A stretch of 64,000 nucleotides of DNA, taken from the NCBI RefSeq assembly GCF_009914755.1, contig NC_060935.1; one strand, 5' to 3'. This document shows positions 43,740-56,768 of this stretch, one piece after another (position 1 is the first letter of the stretch; each line of letters starts with the position of its first letter). The stretch comes from the human T2T-CHM13v2.0 reference genome, Homo sapiens. The position numbers and the translations under genes were made by a program. The notes beneath the pieces are model-generated. The model did no database searches and was not told where the DNA came from. It saw nothing but the letters and a program-made list of their open reading frames with translations.

Positions 43740-45652
43740 GTAAATAATAAATAATATTTATTTATTTATTTAAAAGTTGGAGACTAACATACAATTGCTG
43801 TTTACATAAGAAGAAAAATATTAAATATACAATTAAGAAAAATTTGCTTGAAAAGGTATATTTTGAGCCCATGTTTCTGAAATAATACCAGTGTGTACCA
43901 AATGGGTGTCTCAAGTACTAAAAAAAAAAAAAAAAGCTGATTTAGCACTGAATTTTTTTAATCATAAATTCAAATAACAAAAGAGAAAAGTTCAAAGACA
44001 AAAAACGATGACTAATCATGGCAATGTCTCTCTTTGCAGTTGATATAGCTGATGGTAAATCAATATATGTTACACTAGACATATACTTTCAAAACTGATA
44101 TTTTTCCTAACTGACTGCAATTCTGGGCAAGTCACACGCCCTTTCTGAAATTTAATATCTTCACCTATAAAGTGAAAATGTCCAATTTGTTGAGATATAC
44201 AGTGCCATCTTTCTTGAAAATTGTATGTTTTCATTTGACAATTATCATTAAGCTTCTGCTAACATGTATTTGGAGAGGTGCTTAATATAAAGATTTTCTT
44301 ATTGTCCTTTTCCTCAAATTGCTTAAAATCTATTATATAAAATAAACTTTATGCAAGTAATAGAAATGCAGATTAGTTTGTGAAACAGACTAAAATATAT
44401 GTGTAAACCAAATAGTATGGGGATCACAGAGGCAAGAGCTAATAATTTTCTGGGGAAGGTGACATAATTATGGCTATCTATATTTGTATATTATTGATTT
44501 GGTGACCTCCTCTGTTAGCATAGCTTCTCTTTATTTTCTTCAAAATTAACAAATTGGCCCCAATATTTCTTTAGAGCTCCACACATTTTATGGTAAGAAA
44601 ATATTTCACATTATCCCATGTTCTTAAATCAGATATTGTATAAAAGAGCTATCTAATAAGGAAAGTAGTCATTTAGTCCGAAAAAAAATTGTGAAAACTA
44701 TTCACCTGGTTTGTAACATCTACTGGCACAAATGCTTCTTTCTGAAAAATACCATAGTAAGGAGAAACTTTTGTATGAAGGCAAACTTTCCAGAGTGTTT
44801 GATGTAGTGCAGCCACAGTGATATTTCTGGATATGTGCTCTGTGGTTCAAATTAGAGCAAACCACAATTAACCTAGAAAATAAAATTAATCAAGCTTATG
44901 TCAAAAGCTTATCAAAGCCTGTAAATGTCACATGTATGATAACCACTGGGAATAAGGACAAATGAATGTTTCCCAAATTTCTAAAATAAAACCAAAAGAA
45001 CAAACAAAAACATACTTAACTTGAAACTCCTGACATTATTGTCTCTCCTCTGCTCCAGAGCTTAGTTTTTATATATTCCCTTTCTTTATTGTCCCCAGAC
45101 AATGACTTACTCTTGAATAACTCTCCCTGGTAAGGGATGTGCATGTGAGTGTAACAGCAAGAAACTTAGCAAGACATCCCATTGCGTGCCATTTTTGCTT
45201 TCCATTCCCTCAGCTCATTAAGAAAAAAATGAAAATTGCTACACTTAGAAGTTGAAGACATTTGAAAACAAATTTACATTGACCATTAAGTCTTAATTCC
45301 TAAGTGAAAATTAAAATAAAATGCACAATTTCTTTAATTTTTGCTATACCATTAAACAATATGAGGCACAATTTCAAGCTGCATGAAAATGGAACAGAAC
45401 AGGTATATCCTTTGCTTTCTCTATGTGACTTCAATATTATCCCTTAGGAAAAGCTGCTGAAAATAACTAGTCATTTTAAAGTAATTTAAACATACCCAGG
45501 CTGACAATTCAATATGCCTCTAAACTCTCCATAATCCATTTCAAGTTTTCTAAATCAATTTTTAAGAACAAAACTACCAGAGAATTCAAATACCATTTAC
45601 TAAATAAACCAACCTCACTTATAGAGAATATATTCAGCCTGTGTAATGAACC

Positions 45653-47899
45653 TGGTATAGTTTAGAGCTGTTCCCCCACCAAATCTCATGCTGAATTGTA
45701 ATCCTTAATGTTGGAGGTGGGGCCCAGTGGGAAGTGACTGGACCATGGGGGCTGATTTTTCATGAATGATTTAGCAACTTCTCTCTTGGTACTTTCTTTG
45801 TGATAGTGAGTGAGTTCTTGCAGAGATCTGATTATTTAAAAGTCGTGTATGATACCTCCCTGCTCTCTCCCTTGCTCCTGCTCCTGCAATGTAAGACATT
45901 TCCTTCTCATTTGCCTTCTGCCATAAATGTTAGCTTCTCCAGAAGCTAAACAGATTCCAGCATCATGTTTCCCGTACATACTGCAGAACTGTGAGCCAAT
46001 TAAGCTTCTTTTCTTAATAAATTATCCAATCTCAAGTATTTCTTTATACCAATGCAAGAATGACTAATACAGAAAATTAGTACCAGAAGTGGGGCATTGC
46101 TATAACAATACCTGAAAATGTGGAAGCAGCTTTGGAATTAAGGAATAGATAGACATTGGAAGAGTGGAGAGGGCTTGGAAGAAGAAAGGAAGATGAGAGA
46201 GTTTGGAACTTCCCAGAGACTGGTTAAATGATTCTGACCAAAATGCCAATAGTGATGCAGGCAGTGATGTCCAGATTGATGGGGTCTCAGATAGAGTTGA
46301 GCAAAGGTTACTTTTGTTATGCCTTAGCAAAGAACTTGGCTGCATTATGCCCCTGCCCTAGGTATCTATGGAACTTTGTACTTGAGAGTGATGATTTAGG
46401 GTATCTTGCAGAGGACATTTCTAAGCATTAAAGCATTCAAGAAGTCACCTGGCAGCTCCTGACAACTTATACTCATATGCATAAACAAAAAAACGACCTT
46501 AAGTTGGAACTTATATTTAAAGGGGAAGCAGAGCATAAAAGTTTGAAAAGTTTGCAGCCTGGTTATGTGGTATAAAAGAAAAGCCCATTTTCAGGGGAGG
46601 AATTCCAGGAGGCCAGGCCCAGGGCCCCACTACACTGTGCAGCCTCAGGACAATGCTCCCTGCATCCTGGCTGCTCCAGCTCCAGCCATGGCTCAAAAGA
46701 GCTAAGGTACAGCATGGGCCACTGCTTCAGAGGGTGCAAGCTGTAAGCCTCAGTGGCTTCCACATGGTATTAAGCCTGCAGGCTCACAGAATGCAAGAGT
46801 TGATGTTTAGGAGCCTCTGCCTAGATTTCAGAGGATGTATGGAAAAGCCAGGATGTCCAGGTACCCTCACAGAGAATCTCTACTAAGGCAGTGGGGAGGG
46901 GAAATGTGGAACCCCCACACAGAGTCCCCACTGGAGCACTGCCTAGTGGAGCTGTGGAAAGAGGATCACCATCTTCCAAACCCCAGAATGGTAGATCCAT
47001 CAGCAGCTTGCACTCTGTACCTGGAAAAGCTGTAGGCACTCAACGCCAGCCCAAGAGAACAGCCTTGGGTGCTGCACCCTGCAAAGCCATAGGGGCAGAG
47101 CTGCCCAAGACCTTAGGAGCCCACCTCTCACTCCTATATTCCCTGGATGTGGGACATGCAGGCAAAATAGGTTATTTTGGAGCTTTATGGTTTAATGACT
47201 GCCCTGAGTTTCAATCTTGCATGGGGCCTATAGCCCCTTTCTTTTGGCCAATTTCTCCCTTTTGGAATGGGGATATTTACCAATGTATCTATCCCCATTG
47301 TAATTTAGAAGTAGTTAACTCACTTTTTATTTTGCAAGCTCATAGGTTGAAGGGGCTAGGTTTTTTTCAGATGAGACTTTCGACTCTGGACTTTTGAGTT
47401 AGCGCTAGAATGCGTTAAAATTTTGGAGGACTGTTGGGAAGGCAGGATTGTATTTTGCAATTAAGAAGGACATGAGATTTGGGGGTCCAGGGGCAGGATG
47501 ATATGGTTTGGATCTGTGTCCTCACAAAATATCACGCTGAATTGTAATCTCCAATGTTGGAGGTGGTTGCCTGGTAGGAGGTGACTGAATCATGGGAGCT
47601 AATTTCTCATGAATGTTTAGCAACATCCCTCTTGGTACTGTCCTCATGATAGTGAGTGATTTCGTGTGAGATCTGGTCATGTAAAAGTGTGGGGCCCCTC
47701 CCCACTCTCTTGCTCTTGCTCCTGCTATGTAAGACGTTTGCCCATTTGCCTTCTGCCATGATTGTAAACTTCATGAAGCAGATTCCAGCATCGTGCTTCC
47801 TGTACAACCTGTAGAACTGTGAGCCAATTAAGCCTCCTTTCTTTATAAATTACTCAGCCTCAGGTATTTCTTTATAGCAAAGTGAGAACAGCTAATACA
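45653..47899 (+). mobile_element. Complete MSTA-like MaLR: 5' LTR 45653-46071, internal 46072-47498, 3' LTR 47499-47899
   Basis: Two homologous ~400-bp LTRs ending CTAATACA, purine-rich tract before the 3' LTR, MST-int motifs, TSD GAACC/GAAAC. Confidence 0.9.
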
Positions 47900-49454
47900 G
47901 AAACCAAAAAGATATTTCAGAATAAGCAGGTTCTCTGAGACAAACCTTGGCCATTGAAGATCCAGAAATCTAGAATATTACAATTGCAGAGCAGCTTCTG
48001 GAGAAATTACTGCAAAGGAGACTGATGATATGTTAAACACTGTTAGTGTAATATTAATTATAGATGAACATCTCCATTAATCTACAAAATATTAACATCT
48101 TTTTTTTCAACGTGTGGAATAAAAAAATGTGAACAGCAAATGTGCAAGTGACATATTCACAAGTTCACAATATATGTATAATTTACCCTAAAATCTGATA
48201 GCCTCAATCAATATTATATGCCTGAGGAGCCCACACTCAGAATAAAATGGTCATTTGTCCAAAGGACAAGCAATGTCAGGATCTAAATCCAATTGTATTT
48301 ACCAAATGCCTTTGGTTTGTCATTTGTTCACCAAAATATCAGCTGTGTTCCTACACATTTTCACTGAAGTCTCTCATGGTTATTGAGTCCTGGAGTTGAA
48401 AGACATTCTACATTCATTATCTAGCCCCTAACCCCACAGTCCCAATGTCTACATCCATGAGTGAATATTTTTTTTGTTATTCAGTACTATAATTTACTAC
48501 CTCCACAAGTTCTTTTTTCTATTTTTTTCTGTTTTATATTTAATTGAAATACCCTCTCTGTTGCTATTTTCATGAAAGTGTTTCACATATACTCCTGAAA
48601 CAACAACTATATCACCTACTTTATTTAAACTGATCTTAACATCTAAGTTCTCCACTAGTGCATTGAATCTCCAGCATTTGGCATTGTTACTATACATGAT
48701 ACCTAACTAACTGTATTGAATTAATGCATGGGAGTCTGCCGATAAGTAGTACTTCACACAGTGCTTCTAGTCACAGAATAATAAGGACCTTATAAAGTTT
48801 TGCCATACTGATGTAGTCTTTGGGAAAGGTGGAGGCATTGAGAATCTATTTCTGCTATCCCCCAAAATATACATTATGTTGACTCTTTGTGTATCACTTT
48901 ATCTCCATGACAAACATGCAAAATGCTCAGGTAGGGCACTATATACCACAGAGATACAATTATAATATTACTAGTAAGTGTACGAAGATTCATTCTGACT
49001 CATCTGAGATCTCACATCAGGATTTCATGTCCACAGACAACTGTAGCTTTGGTCCTTGCAGTCTTTTCAGTGAAAACACCTCTGGGACGTAGATAATTTT
49101 TACAATTTACAAAAAGCTTCCTTCAAGCACTCAGGACATTTTGCCAATATATGGATTGAAGTCAACATTTGATATTTTAGTAGCATGTTCAGATTTTGAG
49201 ACTGTGTTATAAATCAGGGGAATACATTTATTCAGGAGCCCATATGCAAATACTAATTCTAGAAAAAAAACTCACATAGATAAAATATGTTGTAAAATGA
49301 TGAAAATTTGATTTATGTTTATTCTTATTACTGCTCCTCTCTGCATCCTCTGACTCAGCAAAAAGAACAGCAAGGAGAATAACAAAGTAAAGAGGCTATA
49401 AATATTATCTAGTAATCTAAAATTGTGTAATAAGATAGTAATAAATAAAAATTA

Positions 49455-49648
49455 ACTGTGACATTTATCAAGTGCCTTTCATGTGACAGATGCTATGTAT
49501 GTCTGTTTTATTTCACTATCTGAATGGTCTATTGCAAAAACAATTCACTCTTAAAATATATTAAGACTGAGGCTTGGTCATCCAGCAAAAAGTGGGATTT
49601 GAACCCAGGTTAGTCTGATTCCTGAACCCATTATCTTTTACTATACCA
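49455..49648 (-). mobile_element. MIR
   Basis: ACATTTATCAAGTGCC...ACTGAGGCTT...GGGATTTGAACCCAGG. Confidence 0.65.
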
Positions 49649-50169
49649 TTCGCATTCTGTGATGGGCTGGGTAAGAATGAAAAGAGGTTAGTAAATTTTC
49701 ATTGTAGAATCAAACTATTCATGTGACTTCTACAATTAGTTCTCCTATGCTGCTGCTCAGAATTTTTTATAGCAGTGGAACTTTTAAAGAAACGAAATCT
49801 ATTGGCACTTTAGAAATGACTGGATGATGATACAGCCTCAGTCAGAACTAATTAGAATTTTGAGCTAATGTTTGAGGTAAGATTCCCTAGGTATTCTCTA
49901 ACAAAAGCATTTCTCATAAGAAAAAATCCAGAAATAGTGGAAACGGGTGTCAGGAAAATGACAGATGAAAATAAACTATTGAGACAACATTGAAATTTAT
50001 GCATGAGCAGACATTTTAGTTCTTAAAAAATGAATCTATTCAGCAAGACTTGTTTTCTTCTACTACACAGAAATTCGCACCCCTGCAAATGGCATGAAAA
50101 TAACGCTAAACATGTCTTGCTTTGTAGAGAAGTGAAAACCCTGCTTTGTGACTACCACAGAAAGGTACT

Positions 50170-50545
50170 GAAGCCACCCTGGAGATAAAACACCTGTATT
50201 TAAGTCCTGGCTCCACTATTTCTGCTATAATCTAAGCATTCATTTCCTCATCTGTAAGATGGGGATAATGGTAAAAATTACGTCCCGGACATTGAGAGGC
50301 TCAAAGGAGATGATGTGGTACACCTGTTCGTAAATTTGCCTGCATATTGGAATCACATGAGGAGCTTCAAAAATTACTTATGGCTGCATCCACCACCAAT
50401 TACCATGGCTTAACCAGTCTAGTGTAGTTAGTCTGGGCTTTAGAGATTGAACAAGATCCCCAGGTGACTCTAATTAATAGATAATGTGGCAACCCCTGGT
50501 CTACTAACATGCTGATGAACACTATGTCTTCACATATAGTGATTC
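50170..50545 (+). mobile_element. MIR with nested MER5A-like element (~50322-50500)
   Basis: MIR core CATTTCCTCATCTGTAAGATGGGGATAAT; MER5A motifs TGCATATTGGAATCACATGAGGAGC and CCCAGGTGACTCTAAT. Confidence 0.6.
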
Positions 50546-51744
50546 CATTATTATTGTTAATCCCAGATATGCGACCTTGGGCATACTGGTTAGCCACTGA
50601 TAGGAGTTTAATTATACATTGTAAAAGAATAAAACATGATTTTATTTCTGGGTTGTCATGAAATGCTCACCAAAATGCCTGGGTAGGAGGATATAGAATA
50701 AATGTTATTTTTCCCCTTCTTTTCAAAACTACCTTGTGGCTCTTCAGCATTATACCCTCTCACATGATTTATTCATACTACTTTGAAAGAATCGCACCTA
50801 CGTGTTCTAAAATCTCCTGTTTCTGTACATTTGGTCATATAGTCAAAGACCTAACCATTTTTTAAAATTACAGCAGACACAGTTTTTCTTGCCAGAAGCC
50901 TTCCTTACCTACTATTCTTTCACTTATGGAAGTAAATCACTTCCTCCACTGAACATGTGGAGAGTTTCCACCCCTCTTCCACATTAATATGTCCTATTTG
51001 TATTATTTTTGCATATGCCCTCAATCCCTAAGAATGAGAGCAAGGTTGTTGAGTTATTCATCTTTTTGATATTTTTTGACAGCCAACAGAAAAATGGGGC
51101 TAAACTGGTTTCATATATGCATGGATACATAGACAGATAGATATGAACATATATTAGAAATATAGCTAGAAATAAAGAACATTTACAGAACAATAATAAA
51201 ATGCACATATCTAATAACGAAACTTTAACATAGGTAAAGTGAAAGATGATAGAGTTGAAAGAGCTAGTCAAATTTACAATTACAAATGGAGGATTCTAAT
51301 ATTCTCTTTCTGCAACTGACAGAACAATCTGATTGTCAATAAGGATATAGAAGCCTGAAACCATATATCAACAAAATTGGCCTAATGGACTTTTATAGAA
51401 TATTACAGACAATACTAGAATACACTACTTATTTCAAATGCACGTGGAATATTTATCTAAATCGACTATTTCTTGGCTATAAAACAAATATTTGTAAATT
51501 TAAAAGTGCATTCTAATATATTAAAATTAAATGGAAAAATCACAAATTAGGCAGCATACTTTCAAATAAACCATGGTCAAAGAAGTCATAAGGAGACTTA
51601 ACAAAATATTTTAATCTCAATAGAAATAAAAGCACAGCACATTAAATTTGTGTGATACATCTAATGCAATACCCCAAAGGAAATTTACAGCAACACATGG
51701 TTATATTAGAAGTGTAGCAGATCAATCATCTAAAAGTTCACCTA

Positions 51745-52049
51745 GGTCAGGTGCGGTGGCTCACGCTTCTAATCCCAGCATTCTGGGAAGCCAAGGTAAG
51801 AGAATCACTTAAGCCTAGGAGTTGGAGATGTTCCTAGGTAACATTGCAAGATCACAACTCTACAGAAATTTTAAAAATTAGCCATGTGTAGTGGCATATG
51901 CCTGTGTTCCTAGCTACTCAGGAGTCTGGGGTAGGAGGACTGCTTGAGCTTAGGAGATTAAGATTGCAGTGAGCCATGTTCATGCCACTGCACTCCAGCC
52001 TGGGGTATAGAGTGAGACCCGGTCTCAAATAAGTACATAAATAAATAAA
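51745..52049 (+). mobile_element. AluJ (Jo/Jr-like) SINE
   Basis: GGAGGACTGCTTGAGC and GAGACCCGGTCTC AluJ features; diverged TSD TAAAAGTTCACCTA / TAAAATTTCACTTA. Confidence 0.9.
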
Positions 52050-52295
52050 TAAAATTTCACTTAAAAATCTTCAAAAAGAAGAGCACAGTAAACCCAAATG
52101 AAGCATACATAAGAAATAATAAAGGTAAAAGCAGAAATTAACAAGATAGAAATCAGAAAAATATTAGGAAGAAAACAATGAAATTATAAGCTGCTGTTTA
52201 TACACATCAATAAAATTAATAATTTCCTAGACAGAAAAATGTAAACAAAAGGAGAGGAGGTTCAAGTTACCAACATTAAGAAATACTAGAAGGCA

Positions 52296-52598
52296 GGCCG
52301 GGCGCAGTCACTCACGCCTGTAATCCCAGCACTTTGTGAGGCCGAGGCGGGCGGATCACAAGGTCAGGAGATCAAGACCATCCTGGCTAACACAGTGAAA
52401 CCCCGTCTTACTAAAAAATACAAAAAATTAGCCAGGTGTGGTGGCGAGCGCACGTAGTCCCAGCTACTTGGGAGGCTGAGGCAGGAGAATGGCAATGAAC
52501 CTGGGAGGCAGAGCTTGCAGTGAGCCGAGATCACGCCACTGTACTCCAGCCTGGGCGACAGAGCGAGACTCTGTCTCAAAAAAAATAAATAAATAAAA
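52296..52598 (+). mobile_element. AluY SINE
   Basis: CTGGCTAACAC, GAATGGC, GAGCTTGCAG; TSD ending GAAATA..AGAAGGCA on both sides. Confidence 0.93.
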
Positions 52599-52994
52599 AG
52601 GAAATATAAGAAGGCACATTACTACTGACCCTCCAGATATTAAAACCATAGTGATAAACTATTAGTAACTTCATGCTCATTAATCTCAAATGTAAATTAC
52701 ATTGAAAAATTAGTAATACAAATGACAAAACTTTCCTTAAAATCAAAGGGATAAGATCAGGATAAACAAAAATATTAATTTTGTTTCTGTATACTAGCAA
52801 TGAAAAATTAGAAATTAAGAGAAATTATCATTTATAATATAATCCAAAGTTGAAATACTTTCGTGTAAATTGGAAAAAAAAAAATTTTAACAGCTGTGCA
52901 ACAACACACTGTTGAAAGACTTTAAAAAAAGATCTAAATATACAGAGAGATAAGATGTTTACTTATTGAAAGACTAAATGAAATGTTTAAATGC

Positions 52995-55037
52995 TGTCTT
53001 AGTCCATTTTGCAGTGCTATAACAGAATACTTGCTACTGGATAATTTAGAATGAGTGGAAAGGTATTTGGCTCATGAGCCTGAAAGCTGGGAGGTTCAAG
53101 ATCTAGGGACCACATCTGGTAAGGGCCCTCTTGCTATGTCATCTTATGGTGGAAGGAGAGAAAGGCAAAAGAGCATCAGCGAGAGCAAGATATTGAACTC
53201 AGCCTCTTTTATAAACTATTATAAAAGACCCTTTTATAATGGCATTAATCTATTCATGAGGAAGGAGCCCTCCGACCTAGACAATTTCTATTAGGTTCCA
53301 CCTCTCAACACTGTTGCAGGCATTGGGGATTAAGTCCTAAAACATGATTTTTGGGAGACACATCAAATCATAGTATTCTGCCCAAGGCTAGCAAAATGTA
53401 TGTCCTTCTCAAATTCAAAATACATTCATTCCATCATTTCATCTCAATATCCTGAAATTCTTAACAGGTTTCAGCACCCATTCAAAAGTCCAAAATTCAA
53501 AGTCACATCTAAATCAGATACAGATAAGAGTCAAGGCACAATTCACTCTGAGTCAAATTTTCCTCCACCATGAGCCTATAAAATTAAACACATTATCTAC
53601 TTCCCAAATATAATAGTAGGATAGACACTTTCATTGCAAAGGGAATTAAAAGACAAGAAAAAAAAGGATAGCTAGATCCAGATAAGTCCATACTCAAGAA
53701 TGCAAACAATGTCAAATCTTAAGTTTCCTCAACAATCTTCTTTTACTCCATATCCCACCTTCTGGATATACTGCGGTGGGAGTTGGGTTTTCAAAGCTCT
53801 GGAGGGTCCACCCCTATGGCTTTGCTGGACTCAGGCCACATAGCAACTCTTATGGATTAAAGTCTTGTTTTTGCGGTTCTCCCGGTGTTGCATGTTCATA
53901 ACTCTACAATTCTGGGGTCTCAAGGACAATTCTACCACCAGAAATTGCCCTAGTGGGGACTCTCTGTTGGGGTTCCAACCCCACAACCCCATTGGGCATT
54001 GTTTTGAGGGGGGTTCTCTGCAGTAGCCCTGCCCCTGTAACAGTCTGTGATAGTCTCTACCTGGGCACCCAGGCTATCCTTGACATCCTTTGAAATCTAG
54101 GAGAAAGCCATGCTTCCACAGCTCTTGCATTCTGTGTGCCTACAAAACTGTGAATGCCACCCCTTTACAGTCTGCACCTTCAGGAGCAGTGGGTTGAGCT
54201 GCACCTGGACCCAATCAAGCCACAGGGGGCCAGTTAAGGCATGCTGTGTCAGTGTATGGAAAGCACGGCCCTGTCTGGAAAGCTTTCCCTTAAGGTCCTT
54301 GGCTGGCCTGGAAGACCTCTGAAATGCCTCAGGTTCATTTTCTTATTGTCTTTATCAATAGAACCCAGTTTATTCTATTACTATCAGTCTCTTTAGCAAA
54401 TGGTTGCTTGGCCAAACCATTAGCATTGTTTATTAAACATGCTTTCTTTATTCTTTATATGGCCATGCTAAGAGTTTTTCCAAGTTTTTCATTCTGCTTC
54501 ACTTTTAGTTATAAATTCTGTCTTTAAATAATTTTTGTCTTCTCTTATTTTGCTGCAAGCAGCCAAAAGAAGCCATGCAGCACCTTGAATGTTTTGCTGC
54601 TTAGATATTTGTTCTGCCAGATATCTGACTTAATCATTCCTAATTTCTTCCCCACACAATCCAAGAACATAGAAACAATTCCACCAGGTTCTTTGTAACT
54701 GCATAACAAGTATGGCCTTTACTCCAGTTTCCAATACCTTGGTTTTAATTTTCCTCTCAAATCTAATTAGAATGGCCTTGACTGTCCATATTTCTACTGA
54801 CATTCTGATCACAGCTTCTAAGTAGTTCCTAACAAGATTTGCGCTCCCCCTGCAGCTCTAATTTTCCTCTGTGCTCTCACCAGAATTGCCCTTAATACTC
54901 CCCATTTATGAAAATCTGGGTTTCTTCCAGAGTACCCTTCAAATTCTTCCAGCCTCTACCTATTACCCAGTTGCCGAACTACCTGCACATTTTCAGATTT
55001 TTTTTTTTATGGCAATGATCCCACTTCCTTGTACCCA

Positions 55038-55081
<44 letters not shown>

Positions 55082-55425
55082 GTGCTTATAACAGAATACA
55101 TGAGTAATTTATAATAAACAGAAATTTATTTGACTCATGGTTCCAGTGTCTGGCAAGTCTAAGACCAAGGGGCTGATCTTGGAAGGGCCTTCTAGCTGTA
55201 TTGTAACAAGGTAGAAGGGCAGAAGGGCAAAAGGGCAAGCATGAGAAAGAGCAAGCAATTAAACTCACAGCCACAAGCCCTTTTATAATTTGTATGAATC
55301 TATTCATGAGGGTAGAGCCCTCATGACCTAAACACCTACCATTAGGTCCCAGTTTCCAACACTGTTGCACTGGGAATTAAGTTTCCAAACTATGCATTTG
55401 AGGGAAACACATTCAGATGATAGCA
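52995..55425 (-). mobile_element. Complete MST (MSTC/MSTB2-like) MaLR: LTR ~52995-53375, internal, LTR ~55040-55425
   Basis: Two homologous reverse LTRs (CCCTTTTATAAT..ATTCATGAGG..GAGCCCTC..ACTGTTGCA), MST-int between them, TSD AATGC/GATGC. Confidence 0.85.
55041..55080. repeat. (GT)20 microsatellite at the LTR/internal boundary
   Basis: Counted directly. Confidence 0.95.
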
Positions 55426-55755
55426 GATGCCCTTTCTCTCCAAGTTGATAAATGTTTATTTCAAACTAACAATATTTGGGGAACTTGTGTAGAAACTGAT
55501 ATATTCATTCCAGAATTTAATGGAAATATACCTAAAATTAAATAGCAAAGGAAAATTGAAAAGGAATATTAATGGCCTTATTCTATTTGAATTCAATATT
55601 TACCATAAATCTGCATTAATCAAGACTGTGGAATTGGCATAAAAATACAAAGATAGACTGATGGAACAGAAAATACAGTGGCGACATTGATTCGAACCCC
55701 AAACTTTCCCATTTTTCTGATGATAATTAAAAATAGTACAACTGGCATGAGGTTC

Positions 55756-55766
55756 CAAGATGGCCG
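55756..55766 (+). promoter_or_regulatory. YY1 site of the L1 internal promoter
   Basis: CAAGATGGCCG intact near the 5' end of the element. Confidence 0.8.
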
Positions 55767-55856
55767 AACAGGAACAGCTCCAGTCTACAGCTCCCAGCAT
55801 GAGTAACGCAGAAGACGGGTGATTTCTGCATTTCCATCTGAGGTACTGGTTTCATC

Positions 55857-56195
55857 TCACTGGGGCTTGTCGGACAGTGGGGGAAGGACAGTGGGTGCAG
55901 CCCACTGAGCGTGAGCCGAAGCAGGGCGAGGCATCACCTCACCCAGCAAGCTCAAGGGGTAGGAATTCCCTTTCCTAGCCAAGGGAAGCGGTGACAGATG
56001 GCACCTGGAAAATTGGGTCACTCCCAGCCTAATACTGCGCTTTTCCAATGGTCTTAGCAAACAGCACACCAGGAGACTATATCCTGCGCCTGGCTCAGAG
56101 GGTCCCATGCCCACAGGGCCTCGCTCATTGCTAGCACAGCAGTCTGAGATCAAACTGCAAGGCGGCAGCGAGGCTGGAGGAGGGGTGCCCGCCAT
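55857..56195 (-). CDS. ORF0: L1 antisense ORF0, open, 112 codons (C-terminally extended)
   Basis: MAGTPPPASLPPCSLISDCCASNERGPVGMGPSEPGAGYSLLV... matches the ORF0 N-terminus; Kozak context GCAATGG; expression unknown. Confidence 0.6.
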   Translation of the reverse strand: MAGTPPPASLPPCSLISDCCASNERGPVGMGPSEPGAGYSLLVCCLLRPLEKRSIRLGVTQFSRCHLSPLPLARKGNSYPLSLLGEVMPRPASAHAQWAAPTVLPPLSDKPQ

Positions 56196-56768
56196 TGCTG
56201 AGGCTTGAATAGGTAAACAAAGCAGCCAGGAAGCTCGAACTGGGTGGAGCCAACAGCAGCTCAAGGAGGCCTGCCTGCCTCTGTAGACTCTACCTCTGGG
56301 GGCAGGGCATAGCCGAACAAAAAGTGGCAGAAACCTCTGCAGACTTAAATGTCCCTGTCTGACAGCTTTGAAGAGAGTAGTTGTTCACTCAGCACAGAGT
56401 TTGAGGTCTGAGAAAGGACAGACTGCCTCCTCAAATGGGTCCCTGACCCCCGAGTAGCCTAACTGGGGGGCACCCCCCAGAAGGGGCAGACCAACACCTC
56501 ACACGACCGGGAACCCTCTGAGACAAAGCTTCCAGAGGAACGATCAGGCAGCAACATATGCTGTTCAGCAATATTCGCTGTTCTGCAGCCTCTGCTGCTG
56601 ATACCCAGGGAAACACGGTCAGAGTGGACATCCAGCAAACTCCAAAAGACCTGTAGCTGAGGGTCCTGACTGTTAGAAGGAAAATTAACAAACAGAAAGG
56701 ACATCCACACCAAAACCCCATCTGTACGTAACCATCATTAAAGACCAAAGGTAGATAAAACCACAAAG

